Position numbers and translations under genes: made by a program
Source of the DNA: Luteibaculaceae bacterium
GTDB lineage: Bacteria > Bacteroidota > Bacteroidia > Flavobacteriales_D > Luteibaculaceae
NCBI GenBank assembly: GCA_036275295.1
Contig: DASUEB010000025.1
Coordinates: 34,332 to 98,331, forward strand
Reading direction: 5' to 3'
Length of the DNA stretch: 64,000 bases
Notes under the pieces: model-generated
The model's database searches: none
What the model was told of the DNA's origin: nothing
The model's input: the letters and a program-made list of their open reading frames with translations, nothing else
Shown: one piece after another, positions 9,500 to 19,287 of the stretch
Layout of the letters: every line of letters begins with the position of its first letter
Position numbering within the stretch: the stretch's first letter is position 1

Positions 9500-10068
9500 G
9501 CCCGATCATTCAAAAAAGCGTTCACTATGTGTTCGGCGTCGCGAAGGGCCTGCTCTAAGACATCGTTGGTGATGAGCACTTCAAACTCGCGCGCCCGCAT
9601 GATCTCGGATTCGGCCTTGGCCACGCGTTTCATCAAGCTCTCATCGTTTTCGGTTCCGCGGCCGATTAAACGCTCTCTCAGTGCCTGTACAGAGGGTGGC
9701 ACAACAAAAATCGAGAGGGCTCGATCGCCAAAATAGCGCTTCAAATTGAGCCCGCCACTCACATCGACGTCAAAAATTACGTGTTTACCAGAGGCCCAAA
9801 TTCGCTCAATTTCCGATTTCAAGGTGCCGTATTTGGTACCGCTATACACCTCTTCCCACTCAATGAAATCGCCGTCTTGAATGCGTTGATCAAAGGCCTC
9901 GTTGCTCAAGAAATAATAGTCTTTATCTGGTGTTTCGTTGAATCTACAAGGCCTACTGGTAGCCGAAATGCTGAAGGCCAACTGGGCATTCACCTTCAAC
10001 AGGTGCTTAACGATGGTCGTTTTTCCAGCTCCACTGGGTGCGGAGAATATAATTGCTTTGCCCTTCAT
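9496..10068 (-). CDS. gmk: guanylate kinase
   Basis: P-loop IIFSAPSGAGKTT. Start at ATG 10068, which overlaps the yicC stop (TAATG). Confidence 0.9.
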   Translation of the reverse strand: MKGKAIIFSAPSGAGKTTIVKHLLKVNAQLAFSISATSRPCRFNETPDKDYYFLSNEAFDQRIQDGDFIEWEEVYSGTKYGTLKSEIERIWASGKHVIFDVDVSGGLNLKRYFGDRALSIFVVPPSVQALRERLIGRGTENDESLMKRVAKAESEIMRAREFEVLITNDVLEQALRDAEHIVNAFLNDRA

Positions 10069-10940
10069 TACATTAAATTCAACAATTGCTCCTTCACTTT
10101 CTCCAGTTCGTCTTTCATTTGAACAACCAAACGCTGAATTTCGGGATCGTTGCATTTAGATCCGATGGTATTGATTTCGCGACCCATTTCCTGGGCAATA
10201 AAACCCAATTTTTTCCCTTCATGCGAAGAAGCTTGGAGCGTTTCGTTGAAATAGGTGCAATGGGAACGCAAACGAACCTGCTCTTCAGTGATATCTAATT
10301 TCTCCAGGTAATATACCAACTCCTGTTCAAATCGACCTTCGTCGATGGTGTAACGGTCTCTGATTTCGTCGAGGGCTTTGAGCAATCGGGTTCGCATAGC
10401 GGGTTTCCGCTGCTCGGCCAAGACTTCTACCTCCGTAAGCAATTGCGCTATGGTCGCTACTCTTCGCAGCAGGTCATGCCCCAACACGGCGCCTTCTTGC
10501 ATTCGGAATTGATCGAAATGCTGAGCCGCTTGCTCTACCAATTGCATTACAAAGGCCCATTCTGCTTCGTCGAGTTCTTCGCGTTGCGATTGCATCACAT
10601 CGGGCATATTGAGCAATAGCGACAAAAATTCGGGCTGCGACGCAATTCCCAATTCGCGCTGAATGCCCTGCAACTCGCTGTAATACGCAGCCAGTAGGGC
10701 TTTGTTGATGGCTATTTTTTGCTCGCCGTTGTTTTCAAAATAGATGGAAAGATCGATCTTGCCGCGCTCCAGTCGACGGCTGATGAAATTGCGCAGATCA
10801 AGCTCTTTTTCCCGGTAAACGGATGCCATGCGAACGGAGAGGTCGAGGCCTTTGGAATTGAGTGATCGGATTTCGACCGTGAATTTCTTGTTTAGGTATT
10901 CGCCTTGGGCCTTGCCAAAGCCCGTCATCGATTGTATCAT
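10068..10940 (-). CDS. yicC: YicC-family stress-induced protein
   Basis: MIQSMTGFG N-terminus and C-terminal ...EMGREINTIGSK... typical of YicC. Start set at the second Met (10940). Confidence 0.85.
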   Translation of the reverse strand: MIQSMTGFGKAQGEYLNKKFTVEIRSLNSKGLDLSVRMASVYREKELDLRNFISRRLERGKIDLSIYFENNGEQKIAINKALLAAYYSELQGIQRELGIASQPEFLSLLLNMPDVMQSQREELDEAEWAFVMQLVEQAAQHFDQFRMQEGAVLGHDLLRRVATIAQLLTEVEVLAEQRKPAMRTRLLKALDEIRDRYTIDEGRFEQELVYYLEKLDITEEQVRLRSHCTYFNETLQASSHEGKKLGFIAQEMGREINTIGSKCNDPEIQRLVVQMKDELEKVKEQLLNLM

Positions 10941-10966
10941 GCGCCTTTTGCTGTGGCTCAAAGGTA

Positions 10967-11884
10967 TTAGTTTTTCACCTCAGCGCGAAGGCTTTTGCGG
11001 CTCACCAGCGCTACACCGGTAAAAATGGCGATACCACACGCCAGTTTACCCCACGTAATATCGGCGGGTGGACCGCCAAACCACTTGGCCATTGCCGCCA
11101 TGAGTAAGGTAGCCACAAAGGGTTGCATGTAGATGTACACGCCTGTAACCGAGGCGGTGACGTATTTGAGCGCGAAAATATTGAGCAAATAAGCCAAAAA
11201 CGTAACGCAAAAGACCACAAAGACAATGGCATATACGTTAGAGGCCGTCATCGACGACCATTGAATGGCTGTAAATTGGTTCCATCCAAAGGGAATGACC
11301 ATGGGCAAACCAAATAAAAAGACGTACGAGATCACCGTCAACGGTTTGTATTTAACCATCAGGGGCTTGACCATTACCAAATACACGGCATACGACAATC
11401 CATTGAGCAGCACCATTAAATCGCCGTACCACGTGCTGCCGTTGTCGCTGCCGCCCCTCATCAAAACCAGCGCAAGTGCCCCTCCGGCGCCTAACGCCAC
11501 CCCCAGGGCTTTGATGCCCGTGATGCGCTCGCCTTGAATCAAAGCGGCCATCACCAGCACCAAAATAGGTGTGCTGACCATGATGATCGATGCGTTGACA
11601 GGCGAGGTGTGATTCAGTCCATTAAAAAACAGGATTTGATTGGCGCACACCCCAAAAACGGCGCATTTGGCCATAAGCCAGAGGTCCTTTTTATCGGTGA
11701 TCCGCTCGCGGTACACCGCCGCCCAAAGCAGCCAAAACAGCACCGTGGTGCACAACACCCTCAAAACAATAAAGCCCGATGGTCCAACCAAATCGGGCAT
11801 TAATCCTTTTGCAATTAAAAAATTGAGGCCGTAGAATAAGTTTACGGCAAAAAGACTGAGGTGTGCAGCTGCGTTTTTGTTCAT
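10967..11884 (-). CDS. EamA/DMT-family transporter
   Basis: 305 aa, about 10 TM helices, two-repeat EamA-like organisation. Confidence 0.8.
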   Translation of the reverse strand: MNKNAAAHLSLFAVNLFYGLNFLIAKGLMPDLVGPSGFIVLRVLCTTVLFWLLWAAVYRERITDKKDLWLMAKCAVFGVCANQILFFNGLNHTSPVNASIIMVSTPILVLVMAALIQGERITGIKALGVALGAGGALALVLMRGGSDNGSTWYGDLMVLLNGLSYAVYLVMVKPLMVKYKPLTVISYVFLFGLPMVIPFGWNQFTAIQWSSMTASNVYAIVFVVFCVTFLAYLLNIFALKYVTASVTGVYIYMQPFVATLLMAAMAKWFGGPPADITWGKLACGIAIFTGVALVSRKSLRAEVKN

Positions 11885-12231
11885 TGAAGGGCTTCGGCAA
11901 GAGCGCTTACAGTCTTCTTGTCGTTGCCTACAAAAATAGCAGTTCCTACAATGGAAACTGGCCTCTTCAGAAAAGTGTATTCCTCCAAGATCAAGTTGCG
12001 GTAGTCGCTTTCGCTCAACTGCTTTTCGTGCAGACCCATAGCGCGGTATTTCATGGCTTTGCGCGAAAACAGCGCTTCGTAGCTGCCGGCCATCTTCGCC
12101 ATTTGATCAAGTTGTTCGGCGGTTATTTTTTCGGTTTTGATGTCTTGCAACTCGAGTTTAGCATCGGCTCCGGTTTCTTGGATGATGCGGGCGCAGGTGC
12201 CGCAATTGGCCAAATGATACATTTTTTTCAT
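11881..12231 (-). CDS. ArsC/Spx-family thioredoxin-fold protein
   Basis: MKKMYHLANCGTCARI (CxxC-like N-terminus), ...FLKRPV... as in the ArsC/Spx family. Start at ATG 12231, chosen from the promoter position. Confidence 0.7.
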   Translation of the reverse strand: MKKMYHLANCGTCARIIQETGADAKLELQDIKTEKITAEQLDQMAKMAGSYEALFSRKAMKYRAMGLHEKQLSESDYRNLILEEYTFLKRPVSIVGTAIFVGNDKKTVSALAEALQ

Positions 12232-12236
12232 AGGTA

Positions 12237-12244
12237 CAAAGTTA
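12237..12244 (-). promoter_or_regulatory. -7 promoter box TAACTTTG (leaderless geometry)
   Basis: Exact TAnnTTTG on the minus strand, with only 5 nt between the box and ATG 12231. Confidence 0.45.
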
Positions 12245-12624
12245 AGGAGTGGTTGATGTAGCTTGAACAAGTCGATTGGGGTTTTGTTCGAGCGCGGGAG
12301 ATTACAGCAGGCCCCATCCCAGTCAACATCGGCAAACGACGCTGAACTAAGCGCCAGGAATAGGCTCGAACTTTCGGACGATTTGGCGGTTAAGTATGCA
12401 ACAAAAGACCTTCTCGCGGCGAAAAGTTAACAAATGCTATTTCGCGGGGGTAGTCGCAATAGAGCCTTTGTATTGACGTTTTGAATTCATCCAAACCCAA
12501 CAAATGACCCTCGTATCAGAACCAGCGATGAGATGCCGCCTGCAAAAGGCCGTCAACCATCGGATTGTGTCGTGCCTTAGGGCAGCTTTTTCCCAACAAA
12601 AATCAAGCGCAGAACGCCCCCCGT

Positions 12625-13551
12625 ATGAAAGCAACTTCTGATTACGACCCCTCCCAACTGGTGCAGGTGGAAGACCTGAGCAAATCGTTTGGGGATTTTA
12701 AGGCGGTTGATCGGCTGTCGTTTCGAGTAGAAAAAGGCGATGTGTACGGCTTTTTGGGGCAAAATGGCGCCGGAAAAAGCACCACCATGCGCATGTTGCT
12801 CACCCTGATACGACCCGACAACGGGAACATATCGGTTTTTGGCGAGAAACTAGCGCACCACCGGGAGAGCATCCTCGGTCGGGTGGGCGCCATGATTGAA
12901 AAACCCGATCTGTACAAATACCTCAGCGCATTGGAAAACCTCTCGCTATTTGCCAAACTGAGCGGTTGCCGCCTCAGTAAGGCCGATCTGCTGCGCCAAC
13001 TGGCTGTGGTAGGACTGGAAGACCGAGCCAACGACAAAGTAAAGCACTTCTCACAGGGCATGAAGCAGCGTTTGGGCATTGCCATTGCACTGGTGCACAA
13101 CCCCGAATTGGTCATGCTCGACGAACCCACCAACGGTCTGGATCCGCAAGGGATTGCCGACATCAGACACTTGATTGGCAATCTGGCGGCCGAGCACAAA
13201 AAAACGGTGATTGTATCGTCGCATTTACTCGGCGAGATTGAACAGGTGGCCACCCGGATCCTGATTATTGATCGCGGTAAAAAAATTGTCGAAGGCACCA
13301 CGCGCGACTTGCTCGACCCCACGCAGACCATTATCGAAATTGAAACCGGTGATCTGGCTAAAACCGCCGCCCTATTGGCCAATAGCCGCTTTAACCAAGG
13401 CGTCCAGCTCAAAGGGCTGTCGGTTACCCTAACCCTACCGCCGGGTGAGATACCGGCGTTAAACCGCTTTTTGGTAGACGAACAAGTCGACGTTTATCGG
13501 ATCGCCCAGCGAAACAGCCTCGAAAACTATTTTCTCAACCTCACCCGTTAA
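12625..13551 (+). CDS. ABC transporter ATP-binding protein
   Basis: Walker A GQNGAGKST, signature FSQGMKQRL, Walker B LVMLDEPTNGLD. Confidence 0.9.
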   Translation: MKATSDYDPSQLVQVEDLSKSFGDFKAVDRLSFRVEKGDVYGFLGQNGAGKSTTMRMLLTLIRPDNGNISVFGEKLAHHRESILGRVGAMIEKPDLYKYLSALENLSLFAKLSGCRLSKADLLRQLAVVGLEDRANDKVKHFSQGMKQRLGIAIALVHNPELVMLDEPTNGLDPQGIADIRHLIGNLAAEHKKTVIVSSHLLGEIEQVATRILIIDRGKKIVEGTTRDLLDPTQTIIEIETGDLAKTAALLANSRFNQGVQLKGLSVTLTLPPGEIPALNRFLVDEQVDVYRIAQRNSLENYFLNLTR

Positions 13552-13552
13552 C

Positions 13553-14428
13553 ATGTACACCCTATTCAAACTGGAGTTATACAAAATATTCAAGCGGCCC
13601 CGCACATTCATCGCTTTTGGAGCTTTGACTGCATTTGTGGTGGTGCTGCAATTGGGTCTCAAAAGCGATGGCAAGGAGTTTATCGACTTCTTCCTGGGCG
13701 ACTTGAGCAACACCTTCAAATTTGAAGGAAATCTGCTGAATGGCTACGCCGTATGTTTTTTCATCCTGCTCTCGCTCATTATCCATATTCCGTTACTTGT
13801 AGTACTGATTTCGGGCGATATGATCAGCGGAGAGGCCAATATGGGCACCTTGCGCCTGCTGCTGAGCAAACCCATAACCAGAACTCAATTTGTATTGGGA
13901 AAATTCGCCGCCACCTTTGTCTATGTGCTGTGTCTGCTCATTTGGTTTGCGGTACTTGCCTTGGTGCTCAGCGTGTGGATATTTGGCACAGGCGACATCT
14001 TGCACATGAAAAACGAGTACATCGTGCAGATCAACAGCGGCGACGTGTTATGGCGTTATATACTGGCGTTTTTGTACGCCGCTTTGGCCTTAACCACCAT
14101 TGCAGCCCTTTCGTTTTTCATCTCACTTTTTGCCGAAAACTCCATCGGACCTATTGTGGCCACCATGTGTGTCATTATTGTGTCAACCATATTAAACACC
14201 CTGAATATCCCCTCCTTTGTGGCCGTTAAACCCTACCTTTTTACCAGCTACCTAACCGATTGGCGGGGGTTTTTCGACATCGACCTCAATTCGGCTAACG
14301 AAGCCATCAAAGGTTCCTTGGCCAATCCATCCAAAATGATCACCGGAGCCTCAATCCTATTGGGCCATATAGCGGCATTTATCGGATTGAGCATTTATTT
14401 CCTCAAGCGCAAAGACATACTCACCTAA
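13553..14428 (+). CDS. ABC-2 type permease
   Basis: 291 aa, 6 TM helices, starts 1 nt after the ATPase gene. Confidence 0.8.
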   Translation: MYTLFKLELYKIFKRPRTFIAFGALTAFVVVLQLGLKSDGKEFIDFFLGDLSNTFKFEGNLLNGYAVCFFILLSLIIHIPLLVVLISGDMISGEANMGTLRLLLSKPITRTQFVLGKFAATFVYVLCLLIWFAVLALVLSVWIFGTGDILHMKNEYIVQINSGDVLWRYILAFLYAALALTTIAALSFFISLFAENSIGPIVATMCVIIVSTILNTLNIPSFVAVKPYLFTSYLTDWRGFFDIDLNSANEAIKGSLANPSKMITGASILLGHIAAFIGLSIYFLKRKDILT

Positions 14429-14441
14429 TTACGGGCTACTC

Positions 14442-15146
14442 ATGAACATACGCATACTTTCCATAACCGCTGTTTTTTGGCTCGCAGGCCAATTCCACGC
14501 CTATGCTACCGACCCCACCGCAACCGTTGAAAAACTGAAATCAAAATTGCTCAAGGTAAAAGACTACACCGCCGACGCCACCTTAAAAACAGACATTCTG
14601 TTTATTAAAGCGCCGGTGAGCAATGTAAAGGTGTATTACAAGTTGCCTAATCGGATCAAAATATACAATCAGAAAGGTTTATCCATCCTGCCCAAGGGCG
14701 GTATTGCGTATAACAACGCGACCTTGCTGGGCATTAAAGACTACGACGCCATCGATGGCGGCCAGGTCATGATTGGCAAAACCAAGACCACCCGTATCAG
14801 GGTGCTGCCCCGCGAAATCAATACCGATATTGCGGTAATGGACCTCTACGTAGACGAGGCCAATTTGCTCTTGTTAAAAGCCACCATCACGTCGAAAGAG
14901 ATGGGTAGCTTCGATATTGAAATGCAATACGGAAAGTGGGCCAACATGGGATTGCCCGACAAAACCACCTTTGTGTTTAACGTAAAGGATTACAAGATGC
15001 CCAAGAGCATTACGCTCGATTTTGACGAGAGCACCCAGCCGAAAAAAGGAACGACACCCAAGAACGGTCGCGGCCGCATTGAGCTCATATACCGCAATTA
15101 CACCGTTAACCAAGGCATCAACGACAAAATTTTTGAGGGGAAGTGA
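14442..15146 (+). CDS. LolA-like outer-membrane lipoprotein-sorting family protein
   Basis: Signal peptide. DYTADATLKTDILFIKAPVS...KVYYKLPNRIKI pattern is typical of LolA-like half-barrels. Third gene of the ABC operon. Confidence 0.55.
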   Translation: MNIRILSITAVFWLAGQFHAYATDPTATVEKLKSKLLKVKDYTADATLKTDILFIKAPVSNVKVYYKLPNRIKIYNQKGLSILPKGGIAYNNATLLGIKDYDAIDGGQVMIGKTKTTRIRVLPREINTDIAVMDLYVDEANLLLLKATITSKEMGSFDIEMQYGKWANMGLPDKTTFVFNVKDYKMPKSITLDFDESTQPKKGTTPKNGRGRIELIYRNYTVNQGINDKIFEGK

Positions 15147-15375
15147 ATCAAAAATTGCACGATAACCGCCCTACAACTTGTGCCACATTAATGCATTTGG
15201 GGAAAATGGTAATCGGCGCTTATTACGTCGCGCCAACACCCAACGATCTAATAGCAAATCGCTGTTACCTCCTTGACATGCGATGTGGCAAGGGAGTGCT
15301 TTAGAATACGGAAAGCAAGCCGATTGGACTTCGCTGAACCTTGTGTTTCAGGATAAAATACGCTAGTGTTTTGGC

Positions 15376-16491
15376 TCACCCCGCCATGCCTAACTTGCGC
15401 AGCATGCGCACGTGGGCTATAAATGCCGTGCTGTAGCGCTCTGAAACGTTGTATTTGACCCCAAATTTACGGGCTGTTTCCTCTACTATGGGCGCAATAG
15501 CGGGTAGGTGAACGTGACAAATGTTGGTGAACAGGTGGTGTTCAATTTGAAAATTGAGCGCTCCCATCCACCACGTGAGCAATTTGTTTCTCGGACTGAA
15601 ATTGCTGGTATTTTCTACCTCGTGAATGGCCCATGCATTTTCCATAACCCGTTTGCCATCTTGCTCAACCGGAGCAACAAACGTAGACTCTTCTACGATA
15701 TGAGCGGGCTGAAAAATACACGACAATACCAAGCCCGCAATGGCGTGCATCAGTACAAAACCCAAAATGACTTGCCCCCAAGTAAATCCGCTGAATAAAA
15801 TAGGGATTACCAAGATGTACGTGTAGTAAAACGCTTTTACAGCGGTCATTTGCAACAGCGCTCCTCCTAAGCTAAAACCTTGTTTTTTGAGCAAATTGGC
15901 TTTGTGGTAGCGCAGTACCGATAGAAAATCCTTGCCGGTCATCCAGAACAAGGTCATGATCATGTAGAAAAACCACACATAAAGGTGTTGAAAGCGGTGG
16001 TGCCAGTAGCGTTTTTGATGGGGTGAGAAACGCATCAAGAAAAAGGTTTCAATATCTTCATCTAGGCCGCTGATGTTGGTGAATGTGTGGTGTAACACGT
16101 TGTGCTGAATGCGCCAATTAACGCCACTTCCGCCAATCAGACCCAGCACCGCACCCATCAGACGGTTCACTCGTTTGTTGCGCGAATAGGTTCCGTGCTG
16201 AGCATCGTGCATCACCGAGGTGCCAATTCCAATCATACCCAAGGCTGAAACAACCCAACAAGCGAAAAAGAGCCAAGGCTCACCGGCCGTTAGACCTGTG
16301 CTGATCACCACCAACGGAACCACAAAAAGGGATATCATGATGGTTGTTTTGGTCCACATCCGAGCGTCGGCATATGGAGAAATATCGATTTCTTTAAAAT
16401 AAGCTTTCACGCGTGCGGTTACTTCCTCGTAAAAGAGTTGCTGCTGCTGTGCGGGCGAAAATCGCACCGTTTGTAATGGCTTTTTTGTCAT
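15376..16491 (-). CDS. membrane fatty-acid desaturase
   Basis: Three His boxes (HDAQHG, HNVLHH, QIEHHLF) with TM segments between them. Confidence 0.85.
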   Translation of the reverse strand: MTKKPLQTVRFSPAQQQQLFYEEVTARVKAYFKEIDISPYADARMWTKTTIMISLFVVPLVVISTGLTAGEPWLFFACWVVSALGMIGIGTSVMHDAQHGTYSRNKRVNRLMGAVLGLIGGSGVNWRIQHNVLHHTFTNISGLDEDIETFFLMRFSPHQKRYWHHRFQHLYVWFFYMIMTLFWMTGKDFLSVLRYHKANLLKKQGFSLGGALLQMTAVKAFYYTYILVIPILFSGFTWGQVILGFVLMHAIAGLVLSCIFQPAHIVEESTFVAPVEQDGKRVMENAWAIHEVENTSNFSPRNKLLTWWMGALNFQIEHHLFTNICHVHLPAIAPIVEETARKFGVKYNVSERYSTAFIAHVRMLRKLGMAG

Positions 16492-16783
16492 ACGAATTCA
16501 AACTATTGATTACTGCTCTTCAGGGCAGGACTCTACTGATGTATCGCCTTATTTACATTGAGGCATCGAGGAAATGAAGTAACTGGGAAACGCTTAGTCG
16601 ATACGGAAGTTCGACCGAGGTGAGAAACACATCACCAACTCAGAAGAGTTAAACACTAGAAAAACACCAATCAATAAAAATACTTTATTCGCAAATATAA
16701 GGGGTTTGCGGTTTACTCAACGACAGTGACCGATTATATGCGTTGGTAAAATTGGATGCCTAGCTAAACCCAAAGGGATTGGC

Positions 16784-16811
16784 AAAAAAAATCCCGCTCG
16801 AAGGCGGGATT
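16784..16811 (-). terminator. rho-independent terminator after the cold-shock gene
   Basis: Minus strand reads AATCCCGC-CTTCGA-GCGGGATT followed by T8. Confidence 0.8.
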
Positions 16812-16839
16812 TACACGATTACCCAAAGGGCGTTTTTGC

Positions 16840-17034
16840 TTACTGAACTTTGCGTACGTTAACAGCGTTGAGGCCTTTTGGGCTTCTCTCCACTTCGTAG
16901 GTTACGCGATCGTTGTCTCTAACGTTTGTCTTTAGACCGGTGGTATGAACAAAAACATCTCCGCTTCCATCAGCTGGAGTGATAAATCCAAAACCTTTTA
17001 CTTCGTTAAAGAACTTTACTGTACCTTCTTGCAT
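16840..17034 (-). CDS. cspA: cold-shock protein (CspA family)
   Basis: GTVKFFNEVKGFGFI (RNP-1) and DVFVH (RNP-2); 64 aa. Confidence 0.9.
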   Translation of the reverse strand: MQEGTVKFFNEVKGFGFITPADGSGDVFVHTTGLKTNVRDNDRVTYEVERSPKGLNAVNVRKVQ

Positions 17035-17061
17035 TGTATTGATTGTTTGTTGTTTACTGTG

Positions 17062-17487
17062 TTATATTTTCCGAACTTGAACGGCAATGAAACCTTTTCC
17101 GGTGGTTTTCTTTTCGAAACTCACTTGGTCTCTTACGTTGATTACTCCTATCAACTGATTCAATTGTACCATGATCGATGATCGGGAGCTCTTCTCGGTG
17201 ATGTAGCCAATTCCTTTATCCTTGAAAACAAGAGAAAGGGTTCCGGTGGAGGTCTTTTTCTGATCGTTAGTACGGCTGTAGTTGATGGTGTCCGATTGCG
17301 GCGAATGCGCCTGTTTCAAAGGGGGAACATCTGTAATTCGGCCCATTTCATCGACGTAGGCAAACATATCTTCTACCGATTTGCCCTTGTCGTTATTCGA
17401 TTTTCGGTCGAGGCGCTTTTCTGCCTTTTCCTTTTTTTTCCGAGCCCGTTTTTTCTCTAGCTCCTGCTTTGCATAGGTTGCACCCAT
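17062..17487 (-). CDS. cold-shock-domain-containing protein with Lys-rich N-terminal extension
   Basis: KKRARKKKEKAEKRLDRK...MFAYVDEMGRITDVPP N-terminal region plus a divergent CSD-like C-terminus (GIGYI...GFIAVQVRKI). Lies 27 nt upstream of cspA. Confidence 0.6.
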   Translation of the reverse strand: MGATYAKQELEKKRARKKKEKAEKRLDRKSNNDKGKSVEDMFAYVDEMGRITDVPPLKQAHSPQSDTINYSRTNDQKKTSTGTLSLVFKDKGIGYITEKSSRSSIMVQLNQLIGVINVRDQVSFEKKTTGKGFIAVQVRKI

Positions 17488-17651
17488 TCAGTATTCCTTA
17501 GGTTGGGGTCGCTAACAACACCTCGTGTGGAGCCAGCATTCCATTAGGTGGCTGAATGAGCAAGACTGAATTAGGAAAGATGAGAGTAATGCGCAAATAC
17601 GCTCTATCAAAACCAGGCCAGAATAGGCAGAGGCAGAAACCAAATAGATGA

Positions 17652-17659
17652 CAAAGGTA
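17652..17659 (-). promoter_or_regulatory. -7 promoter box TACCTTTG upstream of the CSD-cspA pair
   Basis: Exact TAnnTTTG on the minus strand, 164 nt upstream of ATG 17487, which implies a long 5' UTR. Confidence 0.4.
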
Positions 17660-17797
17660 CGACAATTTTCATACCTCCAACAAAATCAAGCAATTATTTA
17701 CGAGAGAGCTCCTAAATCGAGTCGTAAATTCACCCAGTTCCCGTAAATTATCAGCACAAGTATTCCTCCCCTCCGCCATGAGTTGGGTGCATCCAAA

Positions 17798-18757
17798 TCA
17801 CTGAATCAGATACAAATAAAGCGGCATGCCCAAGGTGATGTTAAACGGAAAGGTCACCGCTAAGGCCATGGGAATATACAAGCTCGGATTGGCTTTAGGA
17901 GCCACCCATTTCATGGTGGCCGGCACAGCGATGTATGAAGCACTGGCAGCCAACATGGCAAACAACAAACGCTCTCCTTCAACATCTGTCACCCACGCAC
18001 TCAAATAGGCCGTAACACAGCCATTAAGCACCGGAACCCCTATGGCAAACAAGGTGGCAAACCAGCCATTCTCGAAAAAAGTGCCCAACCGTCTACCGCT
18101 GTTGATGCCCATATCCAACAAAAACAGCACCAAAAAACCCTTGAATAAATCGGTTGTAAAGGGCCGGATGCCCTCAGCCTGGGTGTCGGTTGCCAAGTAA
18201 CCTATCAGCAAACTCCCGAGAATCATCAATACACTTCCGTTGGTCAAGGCGTGTTTTACCACACTCCAGCACGGCACGTTGGCCTGACTTTCGCCTTGCC
18301 CAAACCACGCCATCAACAAAACACCCACAACAATTGCCGGGGCTTCCATCACCGACATCACGGCCACCATATGTCCGCCAAAGGGCAATTGCATCATCTC
18401 CAGAAACGAAACCGCTGTAACAAAAGTCACTGCACTCACCGAACCATACGAAGCGGCAATAGCTCCTGCATTATAGGCGCCGAAACGCCCCAACAGAAGC
18501 GTGAAGCAATAGATTGGAACCACCACCGACAAGCCAATCCCAAACAGCAAAGCCCATATGATCTGAGGCGTTATGGAACTGTGCGAGAGCTCCTGTCCCC
18601 CTTTAAATCCAATGGAAAAGAGCAGATATAAGGTAATGAACTTCGATGAATTAGCCGGAATTTTTAAATCGCTTTTGACCCATACGGCAAACATGCCCAA
18701 GAAAAAAAACAACAATGCCGGATTCCGCAGGTTGTCGAATAAAAAGTCCAATCCCAT
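17798..18757 (-). CDS. sodium-dependent bicarbonate transport family (SbtA/DUF897-like) permease
   Basis: N-terminus MGLDFLFDNLRNPALLFFFLGMFAVWVKSDLKIP...FKGGQEL and about 10 TM helices resemble the SbtA-like family. Recognised by eye only. Confidence 0.7.
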   Translation of the reverse strand: MGLDFLFDNLRNPALLFFFLGMFAVWVKSDLKIPANSSKFITLYLLFSIGFKGGQELSHSSITPQIIWALLFGIGLSVVVPIYCFTLLLGRFGAYNAGAIAASYGSVSAVTFVTAVSFLEMMQLPFGGHMVAVMSVMEAPAIVVGVLLMAWFGQGESQANVPCWSVVKHALTNGSVLMILGSLLIGYLATDTQAEGIRPFTTDLFKGFLVLFLLDMGINSGRRLGTFFENGWFATLFAIGVPVLNGCVTAYLSAWVTDVEGERLLFAMLAASASYIAVPATMKWVAPKANPSLYIPMALAVTFPFNITLGMPLYLYLIQ

Positions 18758-18758
18758 A

Positions 18759-19064
18759 TCAAGCCACTTTCAATTCGTTGGTGCGGCCAAGCTCAATCGA
18801 GCCTTTTACCTCGTATTGCCCCGGGCCCTTTTCAAACGACTTGATCAGATCGGCCAACTGATCGCGCTGCTGGCGCAAGGCCCCGATGCGTTCTTCGATG
18901 TCGGTTAGTTTTTCTTGGTGACTGGCCTCCCACATGGCAATGAGCTTGCGCTGCTCTTGCAAGATGAGAAAGTCTAACAATCCCCTAACAAAGGCTTGAG
19001 CCTGTGCGGCAGTGAGTACCCCACTCTGAAGTTCAATCGATGTATACCTTGATGTTGTTTTCAT
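18759..19064 (-). CDS. small coiled-coil protein, function unknown
   Basis: 101 aa, heptad-like helical segment (EKLTDIEERIGALRQQRDQLADLIKSF). Its stop codon lies 1 nt from the permease ATG. Confidence 0.5.
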   Translation of the reverse strand: MKTTSRYTSIELQSGVLTAAQAQAFVRGLLDFLILQEQRKLIAMWEASHQEKLTDIEERIGALRQQRDQLADLIKSFEKGPGQYEVKGSIELGRTNELKVA

Positions 19065-19224
19065 GATGAATTGATTTTTATGATTGTATATAAGCCCTAA
19101 TCACCGGCTAGACAACGCTTAGGCTCTGGTTTTAGAAAGGCAGGCTCGGGCACTCGGCAAGGACTCCCCTTATTGATGAGTGCAAACCGCGGGGAGCATA
19201 CCTTTCGCTCACCAAGCTGCTGTA

Positions 19225-19236
19225 TTTTCGCGAAAA
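19225..19236. other. perfect 12-bp palindrome TTTTCGCGAAAA
   Basis: Lies between the icd stop and the 101-aa gene start. Could be an operator or part of the icd 3' structure. Confidence 0.3.
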
Positions 19237-19287
19237 GCGCCCTTTACCTCGTGCCGCGAGCCTTAATGGATTTTGTATGTCGATACC

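Noticed and set aside
12642-13412. 256-aa ORF antisense to the ABC ATPase gene (and similar long antisense ORFs at 33576-34112, 42558-43082, 43380-43910, 48183-48725 and 50623-51120)
   Set aside because: They are shadow ORFs opposite well-supported genes. Their composition is low-complexity and Arg/Ser/Cys-rich, with no motifs and no promoter boxes.
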